From Candidatus Sulfomarinibacteraceae bacterium (GTDB taxonomy: Bacteria > Acidobacteriota > Thermoanaerobaculia > Thermoanaerobaculales > Sulfomarinibacteraceae), in contig CAWCLO010000010.1 in assembly GCA_963796455.1 (NCBI GenBank), forward strand, positions 512,001 to 576,000: DNA of 64,000 nt, read 5' to 3'. Positions 20,241 through 29,601 of the stretch are shown one piece after another. The notes below the pieces were generated by a model. The model was given only the letters and a program-made list of their open reading frames with translations, made no database searches and was not told where the DNA came from. Position numbers and translations under genes: made by a program. Each line of letters opens with the position of its first letter. Position 1 is the first letter of the stretch.

Positions 20241-21134
20241 TCAACGGCGCACGGGGAGACGCACCATCAACGACAGGGGATCGATCCCGATCTCCACCGG
20301 CAGCACACCCACGACATCGCCGTCGATCTGGTAGGGGACCTGTTCACCCTCCGAGGCCGGTTCAAGCCGGACCGACTGAACGATTTCTCGAGAAACGTCA
20401 TCCCTCGAAACGTGGCGGCCGCTTGGAATGCCGAAAAGAAACGAGGCCGCGGCCCGCCGGCCCGCCGTCTTCTGCGCTACCACCTCGAGGTCGGCACGAA
20501 AGGGGTCCGCTCCCGGCGTCGCGCAGTGATTCCCCGCATAACATTGCGAGTTCCCGATGATGACCCAACCGGCTTCATCGACCTGCCCATTGCTCACGAT
20601 CCGCATCACCGGCAGCGCGTTGGCTGAAAAGACTTCGACCACCGCCTGCAAGGCCACGCCAACCCTTCCACCAAGTCTTTTAAACGATGGCCGCAGCCGT
20701 TCCAGGACGAAGGAATCCGGACCCGCCGAGAGCATCAACAATACGAGGTCCCCGCGATCGGTTCGTCCGACCCGCATGACCCGGTCCTCGCCCTCGAGCA
20801 GATCCAGGACTGCCCTGTGGGCCGGTCTGGGAACACCGAATTCATAGGCCAGAACCGAGGTCGTGCCACCCGGCAGAACCCCCATGGCCGTCGTGCTTCC
20901 AAGCAAACCGCGCGCCACTGCGTTATAGGTGCCATCGCCACCAAAAACCAGCACCAGCGGCACTTTCTTCGATGCCGCCTCGGCCGCCAGATCCGTTGTG
21001 TGTTCGCCGCTGCGGGTAAGAAGAAATTCGATTTCGGCTCCGGCGGCAGCAGCCACGTCTTGCAGCCTTTTCTGGTGCCGGAGCAGCCGCCCACCACCGG
21101 CGGTCGGGTTGAGGATCACCGGAACCTGATTCAC
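20241..21134 (-). CDS. Diacylglycerol/lipid kinase family protein
   Basis: [23 protein letters not shown]. Confidence 0.85.
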   Translation of the reverse strand: MNQVPVILNPTAGGGRLLRHQKRLQDVAAAAGAEIEFLLTRSGEHTTDLAAEAASKKVPLVLVFGGDGTYNAVARGLLGSTTAMGVLPGGTTSVLAYEFGVPRPAHRAVLDLLEGEDRVMRVGRTDRGDLVLLMLSAGPDSFVLERLRPSFKRLGGRVGVALQAVVEVFSANALPVMRIVSNGQVDEAGWVIIGNSQCYAGNHCATPGADPFRADLEVVAQKTAGRRAAASFLFGIPSGRHVSRDDVSREIVQSVRLEPASEGEQVPYQIDGDVVGVLPVEIGIDPLSLMVRLPVRR

Positions 21135-22165
21135 CGATGATTCCCCTGGTCGAAGAGATCCTTCGCGCCGGGCGGTCGGTCGAGTCCGAGATGTTTGAAG
21201 GCCGCCGCGGTCACCGTCCGGCCGCGGGGGGTCCGCTGGAGGAGACCGATCTGCAGAAGGTAGGGCTCGTGAATGTCCTCGAGGGTGCCGCGGTCTTCAC
21301 CGATCGATGCCGCCAAGGCCTTGAGTCCCACCGGACCGCCGTTGTAGACATCGATGATGGTGGTCAAAAGTTGTCGATCGAGATGATCGAGGCCGAAGCC
21401 ATCTACCTCCATCTGTTCCAGCCCCCAGCGGGTTGCTTCCAGAGTCACCACCTCCGAACCGAGGTGGTGCGCAAAGTCGCGAACCCGACGCAGCAAACGA
21501 TTGGCGATCCGCGGGGTGCCGCGAGCACGACGGGCAATCTCGTCAGCGGCATCGGAATCCACCTCGATGCCGAGGATTCCCGCCGATCGACCGACGATCA
21601 CTGCAAGATCATCCGCGGGGTAGAACTCGAGGCGATGGACGATTCCGAAGCGGTCACGCAACGGTGCCGTCAACAACCCGGTCCGGGTGGTCGCGCCAAC
21701 CAGGGTGAAGCGCGGCAACGACAATCGCACGCTGCGTGCCGCCGGGCCCTGGCCGATCACCAGATCGAGTTCGAAGTCCTCCATCGCGGGGTAGAGAACT
21801 TCTTCCACCGCCGGCGGCATGCGATGGATTTCGTCGATGAAGAGCACATCGCCGGTCTCGAGATTGGTGAGCATGGCCGCCAGATCTCCGGCTCGCTCCA
21901 ATACCGGACCCGAGGTGAAGTGGATCTGGGCACCCATTTCGTGGCCGATGATGCATGCGAGTGTGGTTTTGCCAAGTCCCGGGGGGCCAAAGAACAGCGC
22001 GTGATCGAGGGCCTCGCCTCGGTGCCTCGCGGCATCGATAAAAACCCGGAGATTGGTGACCAAACGCTCCTGGCCGACAAACTCCTCGAGCCGACGCGGC
22101 CGCAGCGTTTCTTCGTACGGGCCTTCATCTTTTTGCGGCTCGGTGTTGAGAATTTCGTCGCTCAT
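21131..22165 (-). CDS. ruvB: Holliday junction helicase RuvB
   Basis: [31 protein letters not shown]. Confidence 0.97.
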   Translation of the reverse strand: MSDEILNTEPQKDEGPYEETLRPRRLEEFVGQERLVTNLRVFIDAARHRGEALDHALFFGPPGLGKTTLACIIGHEMGAQIHFTSGPVLERAGDLAAMLTNLETGDVLFIDEIHRMPPAVEEVLYPAMEDFELDLVIGQGPAARSVRLSLPRFTLVGATTRTGLLTAPLRDRFGIVHRLEFYPADDLAVIVGRSAGILGIEVDSDAADEIARRARGTPRIANRLLRRVRDFAHHLGSEVVTLEATRWGLEQMEVDGFGLDHLDRQLLTTIIDVYNGGPVGLKALAASIGEDRGTLEDIHEPYLLQIGLLQRTPRGRTVTAAAFKHLGLDRPPGAKDLFDQGNHR

Positions 22166-22367
22166 ACCCCGACTCTACCCTATCGACAAATCAGAGGGAA
22201 CGGCGGAGTGGATGCTGGATGCTAGATCACTCTTGTCCAAGACAGAGTCTCGGCTGGCGTTCAGGGACGGCGACAGCGATCAGCGTCAGGGACAGGGAAC
22301 AGCAATCAGTGTTCAGCGTCAGCGAACAGGAGTCAGCGTCACGTTTGACTGGCATGGGGCCCTGAAA

Positions 22368-22721
22368 TCAAGACTTCGGGTTGAGCAATCTCCAAGTCAT
22401 TGCACGCACCTGATCGAAGGCCATCATCGCTTTACTGGCTCCATTTCGACTGATCGCCCCGGCGTGGGCGAGGAGCTCCAAGTGGCTGTCGACCTCTTTC
22501 GCGGAAGCGTAGGCGATTCTCCAATGGTTCGACCGGTCTCTACCGACTCGGCCGTGCCCTTCTGCCAGATTCGCAGGGACCGAACTCGCCGACCGGATCA
22601 CCTGATCGGCTATGGACTTCAGCGGAGCTGGAACCCTCATCACGATCTTGATCGCGATTCCTGCTGCTTCGAGGGCTTTCGAGTGGGCGACGAGGTTGGT
22701 GTTCGTGGCGGCTGAGGACAT
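22368..22721 (-). CDS. Four helix bundle protein (23S rRNA IVP/Avd-like family)
   Basis: DQVIRSASSVPANLAEGHGR...IAYASAKE family motif; start chosen by homology with copy 2, which has a GGAGG SD. Confidence 0.85.
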   Translation of the reverse strand: MSSAATNTNLVAHSKALEAAGIAIKIVMRVPAPLKSIADQVIRSASSVPANLAEGHGRVGRDRSNHWRIAYASAKEVDSHLELLAHAGAISRNGASKAMMAFDQVRAMTWRLLNPKS

Positions 22722-22858
22722 GGTCACGTCCGGGTCGTTCATGCCCATTCCCACAAGCCGGTGTGGTGGCCGATGTCAAGGATGCCCTGCACCCTGCCTG
22801 TCCTTGACATCGGCCGCCCACCGGCTACCCCTTCTGTTGAACGACCCGGTGGTGACCA
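22721..22858 (-). ncRNA. 138-nt leader hairpin of cassette copy 1
   Basis: Long inverted repeat: TGGTCAC..CCGGGTCGTTCA/TGAACGACCCGG..GTGACCA plus inner GGCCGATGTCAAGGA/TCCTTGACATCGGCC. Confidence 0.65.
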
Positions 22859-23083
22859 CTTCGTCGCCTGTACTCCTGACCGCTGCTGCTGCTCTCGGCG
22901 CTCGCTGACGGTGTCCCTGTTCGCTGTTGCCTGTCGCTGACGCTGGACACTGTCGCTGCCGCTGCAATTCGGGATCGGGAACGGGTACGTGCCAACCGCG
23001 AACCGGATATGCCAAAAACCAACCCGTAAACCACGTGTTGTCAGGTGGGTAACTTCAGGTGACGATCTGTTTTGGACAGCAGT

Positions 23084-23144
23084 GATGCTAGATGCTAGAT
23101 GCTAGATGCTAGATGCTAGATGCTAGATGCTAGATGCTAGATGC
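23084..23144. repeat. GATGCTA heptamer tandem array (8 full units + partial)
   Basis: Read directly from the sequence. Confidence 0.95.
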
Positions 23145-23295
23145 GACAAGATCGTCGATTCACCCCAAAGCATTGTGAAGGGCTACACCGGAACTGATGG
23201 TGATTTGCGCTTGAGGGGACTTTTCAGGAGACAGATTCAATCGAGGATCGAGCATCCTGCGTCCAGCATCCAGTATCGAGCCTGGGTTGGTGGGC

Positions 23296-23862
23296 TCAGC
23301 GCGTGAGCTTCTTCAGCGCCAGGCGGAGGACCTCGCCGAGATCCTCGCCACCGGCATCGGGCCACACCGCGTCGATGGTCTTGGCCGCATCCCGTTCCGA
23401 GTAGCCGAGATTCACCAGCGCGGACACCGCATCCGGTCGTCGGTGGTCGAGAGCTTTGGAGGTGGCCGTCAAGCGGTCCTTGAGTTCGAGGATGATCCGT
23501 TCGGCCGTTTTGCGGCCGACCCCGGGACTGCGCTGCAGACGTGCGCGATCGCCCGCCTCGATGGTCTGCGCGAGCTCATCGGCGGAGAGGGCCGAAAGCA
23601 CCCCGAGTGCCGTCCGCGGCCCGACACCCGCAACTCCGATGAGCTGCTGAAAGGCTTCGAGATCCTCGCGCTCGGGGAATCCATACAACACGATGGCGTC
23701 GGCGCGAACCTGGGTGGAAATCCAGAGCACAGCCTGCTCCCGGCCGGCAAGCTCGGAATAGGCCCGCAAGGTGGTCGACACCAGATAGCCGACGCCTCCG
23801 ACGTCGATCAGAACCGTCCCGGGGTCGACGCCGTGAAGGCGACCCTCGAGGCGCCCGATCAT
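23296..23862 (-). CDS. ruvA: Holliday junction branch migration protein RuvA
   Basis: MIGRLEG, DVGGVGY, LYGF, GVGPRTAL, PGVGRKTAERIILELK. Confidence 0.96.
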   Translation of the reverse strand: MIGRLEGRLHGVDPGTVLIDVGGVGYLVSTTLRAYSELAGREQAVLWISTQVRADAIVLYGFPEREDLEAFQQLIGVAGVGPRTALGVLSALSADELAQTIEAGDRARLQRSPGVGRKTAERIILELKDRLTATSKALDHRRPDAVSALVNLGYSERDAAKTIDAVWPDAGGEDLGEVLRLALKKLTR

Positions 23863-25814
23863 GAACGGGAGGGGCTGAATCGCTGCATGATGTCGTTGTC
23901 GATCGTCACCTGGGTGTCACGCCGTCGTTCGTTGAGGATCGAGCGCAAGAACATGTTGGCGCGCTCCGCGGTCAACCTGGCACGAACCCCTTCGAGTTGG
24001 CCCTCGAGCTCAAAGGTCTCCACCAACTGGAGCTCGCGCACCCGTACGACAAACACACCATCATCACCGGCGTTCACCGGGTCCAGGATTTCGCCCGCAG
24101 CCGCGCGGAAAACCCCGGCGTCGACAGCTGCCACTGCTCCGACACCCGCGATCACCGCCCCGCGGCGGTGTCCCGGCACATCGGTGAGGGTCGAGCCGGC
24201 ACCCTCGGCAAGCTCCGCCCCGTCGCTTCCCTGGCGCCATTGTTCTGCCAACTCCCGGCCTTCTACCATGGCCAGTTCGAGTGCCCTTTCCTGCCGCAAC
24301 GCCTGCTCCACGGCGACGCGAACATCCTCGAAGGGTGGAACGCCCGCGGGCCGGATCTCCGCCAACTGCCAGACGATGTAGCCCCGTCGCGCGGGAATCG
24401 GACCTACGATATCGCCAACTTCGCCGACAAACACCTCGTTGGCCAGGGTTCCATCTTCAGAGGCTCCGGGAATCGTTTCTCCAAGCGAAAACGGCAGGCT
24501 CACGTTGACGGCCACCGCATCATCCTCGGCTGCAATCACTTCCCACGCCTCAACGGTGTCGGGTCGCTCCGACTGCAATCGCCGGGCCAGCGCCGTCGCT
24601 CGTGATTCGGCCTCGGCAGAGGCGCGGCCTTCAACGACTCGCGAACGGACGGTCTCGATAACCTCTTCAAGAGGCTGTTGGTGTTCCGGCCGAAACGCCT
24701 CGACCTTGATGATATGGAAGCCGAATTCACTCCGGACGGGGCCGATGATCTCACCCGGTTTGGCCGAGAACACCGCATTGTCGAACTCAGCAACCATCCG
24801 GCCGCGTCCAAACCAGCCGAGATCACCACCGTTGTCCTTGGATCCGGGGTCTTCAGAGTGTTTCGCTGCGATCTCGCCAAAATCGGCCCCGGATCGTGCG
24901 ATGGCAGCCACGCCACCGGCAAGGGCCTCGGCGTCAGTTCGTTTTTCTGGTGTTGCGTCAGGGGTGAGACGGATCAAAATGTGGCGGGCATTCGCCTGTT
25001 CGCCTTGCAGAAAATCTTCCTGGTGTTCCTGGTAGTAGGCCTCGAGTTCGGAATCCTCCACGGGCAGAGATCGACGCAGTTTGTCGGTCTCGACCACGAG
25101 GTATCGAATCACTCGCTGTTCTTCACGGATGTAGTCGTCCGCCGTTGCCGCAAAGGCCGCGCGGGCGTCCTCTTCAGAAATCGAAACACCTGTGAGGTAG
25201 TCCGCATAGTTCAAGCGAATCACATCGAGGTCCGCGGTCTCACGGGTGCGGCGGAACTCCGATTCGGCCTCGTCATCGCTCACCCAGACGGATCTGTGCG
25301 CCAGCGTGTTGAGTTTACCGATCATGAGATCTTCGCGGAGGCGCGCTTCGAACTCCGACGGCACCATCCTGAAGTTTGCGGTGACGATCCGCTCGTAGGT
25401 TTCCGTGCCGACAAAAGCCCCATTGGCATCCTGGAAGCTGGGAATCTCGAGAATCGCTTCCTGGAGTTCGTCAGGAGTCACCGTGATGCCGATATCACGT
25501 GCCTCGGCGAGCTGGAGCTCGCGATCGACAAAATACTGTGTTGTTTGCCCGGCGAGATCGATCTGGTCCCGGATCTGGTTCCACTGCTCACCATAGATTC
25601 TCGAAAACTGTTGGTCGATCCGGCGCATTTCAACCATGAATTCCGCCTCGGAAATCGAGCGGTTTCCGATCGTCATCGCAGCTCCGCCGCCGCCGGGCCC
25701 GCCCGGACGTCCTGCTCCCCAGTCGACAAAGACCAGGAGCACGAAGACGATGACGACGCCCCAGAGAATAAACTTCAGATGCCGCAGGTTGTCTCGCAAC
25801 CATTTGAGTGCCAT
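23859..25814 (-). CDS. ppiD: PpiD/SurA-type peptidyl-prolyl isomerase chaperone
   Basis: N-terminal TM, SurA-N, ARHILI, HSEDPGSKDNGGDLGWF, FGFHIIK parvulin motifs. Confidence 0.88.
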   Translation of the reverse strand: MALKWLRDNLRHLKFILWGVVIVFVLLVFVDWGAGRPGGPGGGGAAMTIGNRSISEAEFMVEMRRIDQQFSRIYGEQWNQIRDQIDLAGQTTQYFVDRELQLAEARDIGITVTPDELQEAILEIPSFQDANGAFVGTETYERIVTANFRMVPSEFEARLREDLMIGKLNTLAHRSVWVSDDEAESEFRRTRETADLDVIRLNYADYLTGVSISEEDARAAFAATADDYIREEQRVIRYLVVETDKLRRSLPVEDSELEAYYQEHQEDFLQGEQANARHILIRLTPDATPEKRTDAEALAGGVAAIARSGADFGEIAAKHSEDPGSKDNGGDLGWFGRGRMVAEFDNAVFSAKPGEIIGPVRSEFGFHIIKVEAFRPEHQQPLEEVIETVRSRVVEGRASAEAESRATALARRLQSERPDTVEAWEVIAAEDDAVAVNVSLPFSLGETIPGASEDGTLANEVFVGEVGDIVGPIPARRGYIVWQLAEIRPAGVPPFEDVRVAVEQALRQERALELAMVEGRELAEQWRQGSDGAELAEGAGSTLTDVPGHRRGAVIAGVGAVAAVDAGVFRAAAGEILDPVNAGDDGVFVVRVRELQLVETFELEGQLEGVRARLTAERANMFLRSILNERRRDTQVTIDNDIMQRFSPSRS

Positions 25815-26132
25815 GGGTTCCTCCGCCCGAGGAAAATCGGGACAGCGAAGTGTACCGAAACGATTGGGGCTTCGCAAGAGATCCCGCTCGGATTGCGCCG
25901 GCGAAAGCGGCCCACATGCACCCTGTTTACACCCGTTCATCTCGGCTCTCCCGGGCTCGATCTGACATTTTTCGGTACAATTAACCGGCACCGAAGGGCG
26001 CCACCAACCATCGCAATTCGCGGACCTCGCACAACGAAGGTCATCGATAGCTTGCCGCTTGATAACGCGCATGTTACGGTGTTTTTTGGAGGTTTATCGA
26101 CTGTGTCCAGGGGTCTGGAGCTTGATTGGGTT

Positions 26133-27524
26133 GTGATCCGAGTGCAGCCGCTGCGGAAGATCGTGGCCGTTGCTGTCGTCGGATTGGTCGCAGCCGCATT
26201 GGTATTTTTTGCCTACAAGAGCCTCAACCTCTCTCCGGAGGCCCGCGCTCGGCAGTCGATCGAACGGGCCACCGCCGCCCAGAGTTACGCCGAAACCCAG
26301 CCCATCCCGGATCGTTGGCGGCCGGAACTCGAGGAAGCCTCCGACCAGCTCAACATGGCCCGCTCCGCCTACGCAGAGAGTAAATGGGACGAAGCCGATT
26401 CAATGGCAGACAGTGCACGCCGGAGATTCGAGGCCCTTGCCGGCGCCGGGGGCGAGGAGATGGTCGGAGTCGGCCAGTTCTTCAGCCTCGAAGGGAGGGT
26501 CGAACTGCAAAGGGCGGGGCAGACACAGTGGCAAAACGCCCACCAGGAACTCCCCGTATTCAACGGTGACTTCGTTCGCACCGGCCGGGACGGCAACGCC
26601 GAAATCATGTTCGCCGACGGCAGCCTGTATCGCATCTCCCCGAACTCGCTCCTCGAAATCCACCATGAGACATCCCAGGAGAGCCCTGGAGCCGTCAAGA
26701 TGGTCGTCGGCCGAATCAACGTCTACACCTCCGGAGCGCCGTCCACGGTCACCACCGACACCGTAAAAACCGAGATCGATCGTGATAGTCGGGTCGCTGT
26801 CAATGTGGGGGCCGACGACAAGAAAACAACCGTCTCCGCCTTCCAGGGAACTGCGCGGGTTCAGAACAATCGTGGGCAGGAAGTCGTCTTGACGAATCGA
26901 GAGGCGATCGCCACCTCCGCGCAAGGAGTCCTCTCCGAAAAACAGGAGATCCCGCCGCCACCATACCCCTTCGATCCTCAGAACAACGCCGGTTTTGACG
27001 TCGGTCGGCAAGGGGTGATCGAACTGGCATGGCGCGGTCGGCCGCAAAAGGGCACGGTGCACCTGCAGGTCAGCCGGACAAAGAGCTTCGATGCTTCGCA
27101 GCTCGATGTCGATGCGGCAAACCTGGCCAAGGACACCGCACGCCTCAAACTCGTGGCCCCGGGAACCTATTTTTGGCGGGTCGCATCATCAATCGGCGGT
27201 GACAGCCAATCGGAGTGGAGCGCGGTTCGCCGCTTCCGGGTCGTGTCCTCTTCGACCGAAAGGCTTCTCAAAGACACGACGCCACCGCCGTTGGCGGTCG
27301 ACACGCCGCAACAACTCGGCCATATGTTCATTATCGAAGGATCGACGGAAGCCAGCGCCACGATCACTATCAACGGTGAAAAGGTCGAACTCGACGCCGA
27401 CGGGCGCTTCCGTAAAACGGTCGAAATCTACAAAGAGGGATGGAACAGTATTTTGATCATCGCCGTTGATCCCTCGGGCAACACTACAGAACATCGCGAA
27501 CCTGTTTTCGTGGAGGATTTTTGA
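26133..27524 (+). CDS. Membrane-anchored FecR-domain protein with Ig/FN3-like C-terminus
   Basis: TM helix, GDFVRTGRDGNAEIMFADGS FecR motif, YFWRV; start approximate. Confidence 0.75.
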   Translation: MIRVQPLRKIVAVAVVGLVAAALVFFAYKSLNLSPEARARQSIERATAAQSYAETQPIPDRWRPELEEASDQLNMARSAYAESKWDEADSMADSARRRFEALAGAGGEEMVGVGQFFSLEGRVELQRAGQTQWQNAHQELPVFNGDFVRTGRDGNAEIMFADGSLYRISPNSLLEIHHETSQESPGAVKMVVGRINVYTSGAPSTVTTDTVKTEIDRDSRVAVNVGADDKKTTVSAFQGTARVQNNRGQEVVLTNREAIATSAQGVLSEKQEIPPPPYPFDPQNNAGFDVGRQGVIELAWRGRPQKGTVHLQVSRTKSFDASQLDVDAANLAKDTARLKLVAPGTYFWRVASSIGGDSQSEWSAVRRFRVVSSSTERLLKDTTPPPLAVDTPQQLGHMFIIEGSTEASATITINGEKVELDADGRFRKTVEIYKEGWNSILIIAVDPSGNTTEHREPVFVEDF

Positions 27525-28549
27525 TGCATCTCTCCAGCCTCCTGGGGCTGTTCTCTTCTGATCTCGCTATCGACCTCGGTACAGCCAACACTTTGGTCTA
27601 TGTCCGCGGTCGCGGCATCGCAGTCGTTGAACCCTCGATCGTCGCCGTCAATAGAATCACCAACAGAGTCGAAGCCGTCGGCGCCAAAGCAAAAGAGATG
27701 CTCGGTAAAACCCCGAGCAATATCCAGGCGATCCGACCGATGAAAGATGGCGTCATCGCGGACTTCGAGGTCACCGAAAAGATGCTCGAACACTTTATTC
27801 GCAAGGCTCACGGGCGATCTTTCCTGGTGCGGCCGCGGATCATCATTTCTGTTCCGTCAGAAATCACCCAGGTGGAGAAACGAGCGGTCAAGGACACAGC
27901 GCTCAAGGCCGGCGCAAGCGAGGTCTACCTGATCGAACAGGCAACCGCGGCGGCGATCGGCGCCGGACTTCCGATCACCGAACCATCCGGCAATATGATC
28001 GTCGACATCGGTGGCGGCACATCCGATGTGGCCGTGATCTCGCTCGCCGGAGTCGTCTATTCGCGATCGGTCCGGGTTGCCGGCAACGAAATGGATGAGG
28101 CGATCATTCACTATCTGAAAAAGAAGTACAACCTGCTCCTCGGTGAGCGAACAGCCGAGCAGATCAAGATCGAAATCGGATCCGCCTATCCCCTCGATGA
28201 ACCTTTGACGATGGATGTCAAGGGCCGCGATCTCGTCGAGGGGGTTCCCAAGAATCTCAACGTGACGGATGAAGAGATCCGCGAGGCCCTGACCGAGATT
28301 GTGTCGACGATCGTCGACGCTGTTCGCAATGCATTGGAACAGACCCCACCGGAGCTTTCGGCAGATATCATCGACAAGGGGATCATCCTCGCTGGTGGAG
28401 GATCGCTGCTGAAGAATCTCGACAAGCGGCTCCGCGAAGAAACCGGTCTCCCGGTTGCCCATTGCGAGGAGCCGGGGTCTGCGGTCGTTCGGGGTACGGG
28501 CATGATGCTGACCAATATCGATCTACTCCGCAAGATCGCCATCGCTTGA
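27524..28549 (+). CDS. mreB: Rod shape-determining protein MreB
   Basis: IDLGTANT, RPMKDGVIADF, DIGGGT, GGGSLL. Confidence 0.97.
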   Translation: MHLSSLLGLFSSDLAIDLGTANTLVYVRGRGIAVVEPSIVAVNRITNRVEAVGAKAKEMLGKTPSNIQAIRPMKDGVIADFEVTEKMLEHFIRKAHGRSFLVRPRIIISVPSEITQVEKRAVKDTALKAGASEVYLIEQATAAAIGAGLPITEPSGNMIVDIGGGTSDVAVISLAGVVYSRSVRVAGNEMDEAIIHYLKKKYNLLLGERTAEQIKIEIGSAYPLDEPLTMDVKGRDLVEGVPKNLNVTDEEIREALTEIVSTIVDAVRNALEQTPPELSADIIDKGIILAGGGSLLKNLDKRLREETGLPVAHCEEPGSAVVRGTGMMLTNIDLLRKIAIA

Positions 28550-28715
28550 CGGTTCCTGCTGCGAGCCCGGATCTCTTTGTGCTGTGGTTGACAACCTCGA
28601 GGGGGCCCCGTGGTGATATGGCCTTTCGGCGTTCTGGACCAATCGGGTTGGAGAACCCGGCGGGGTGCGCCGGTCAAATGAATCACGGGATTCTTTCGCG
28701 CCGCTGGGATCGAGT

Positions 28716-29540
28716 GTGATCTCCTCGCGCCCACTTCTGCTCCGTACGATCCTGTTGTGGTCAGCCCTCGAATTACTCGCCGCTTGGCAGGTGCGTGCCG
28801 ATGACGGGTCCCGCGTGCTCATCAGCTGGTTTCGTACCGCCGCCCATCCCGTGTCCGCTGCCGGCAACGGTCTGGTGAATCTTGTTTCGGCCTTTGGGCT
28901 CGGTATGCAGGACCTCGAGAAGACCATCAGCGATAACCAACGAATGCGCCTGGAACTCGAAGAACTGCACGCACGGGATGTCCTCGTCGAGGAGGATCTT
29001 CGCGCCCTCCGTGACGCAACCCTGTTGGCCGGGCCGAGCGCTGAATACGCAGCAGGTGCCGTCGTCGCTCGATGCACCTTTCGCGACCTTGCGGCCGGTA
29101 CGATGGAGGTCCGCACCGCCGAGCTTGTCACCGTCGCCAAGGATTCACCAGCATTGACCCGAGATGGCCTGGTCGGTCGCGTCATTCGCTCGGACGGGCG
29201 CCGCCACTGGCTGCAGCTTCTCACCCATTCCGCCGCCGCCGTTGCAGTCCGCACCGATGACGGTGGGGTTGAAGGACTGGCCCTTGGCAGCGGCAGCGAC
29301 ACGATGGCTGTTGCCTATATTCCACGCCAGGCAACTCTCGAACGCGGGACCGTGCTCATTACCTCGGGTGCTGACGGTATCTTTCCACCAGGAATTCCCA
29401 CCGCCTGGATCATCCGGGTTCGTGAAACCGAGGACCCATTCCTCGAGGTCGTCGCCGCGGCCAGCGCAAACCTCCGGACGACCCGCGTCGTACTGCTCCT
29501 CCCAGAGTGGTCGGGCAATACCCCTCGAGGAATCCGATGA
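28716..29540 (+). CDS. mreC: Rod shape-determining protein MreC
   Basis: TM + coiled coil, GLVGRV, ITSGADGIFPPGIP; operon position. Confidence 0.88.
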   Translation: MISSRPLLLRTILLWSALELLAAWQVRADDGSRVLISWFRTAAHPVSAAGNGLVNLVSAFGLGMQDLEKTISDNQRMRLELEELHARDVLVEEDLRALRDATLLAGPSAEYAAGAVVARCTFRDLAAGTMEVRTAELVTVAKDSPALTRDGLVGRVIRSDGRRHWLQLLTHSAAAVAVRTDDGGVEGLALGSGSDTMAVAYIPRQATLERGTVLITSGADGIFPPGIPTAWIIRVRETEDPFLEVVAAASANLRTTRVVLLLPEWSGNTPRGIR

Positions 29541-29601
29541 GCGAAAACCACCCCCTGTCGCGCCGCGCCGGGCCGCCGAGAGCTGCACGGAGGGCGTGGG
29601 C

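Larger units (their letters stand above)
22211..23295 (-). mobile_element. Four-helix-bundle cassette, copy 1 (putative non-autonomous element)
   Basis: Homologous to 43661-44594; interrupts ruvA-ruvB; imperfect terminal IR 22226-22246/23066-23086; heptamer flanks. Confidence 0.7.

Noticed and set aside
22368..22721. Diversity-generating retroelement suggested by the Avd-like protein
   Set aside because: No reverse transcriptase is present in the window, and differences between the copies are not restricted to adenines as in a TR/VR pair.
22540..23034. Short ORFs overlapping the cassette leader (93, 79 and 69 aa; equivalents at 43981-44475)
   Set aside because: They are explained by duplicated hairpin and repeat DNA, and frames in the repeat arms are not conserved between copies.
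23084..23144. Possible CRISPR array at the tandem repeats (also 983-1096)
   Set aside because: The 7-nt units have no spacers, and no cas genes are present.
24678..26132. First half of the 948-aa plus-strand ORF
   Set aside because: It is an antisense shadow of ppiD; only the part from ~26133 looks like a real protein.
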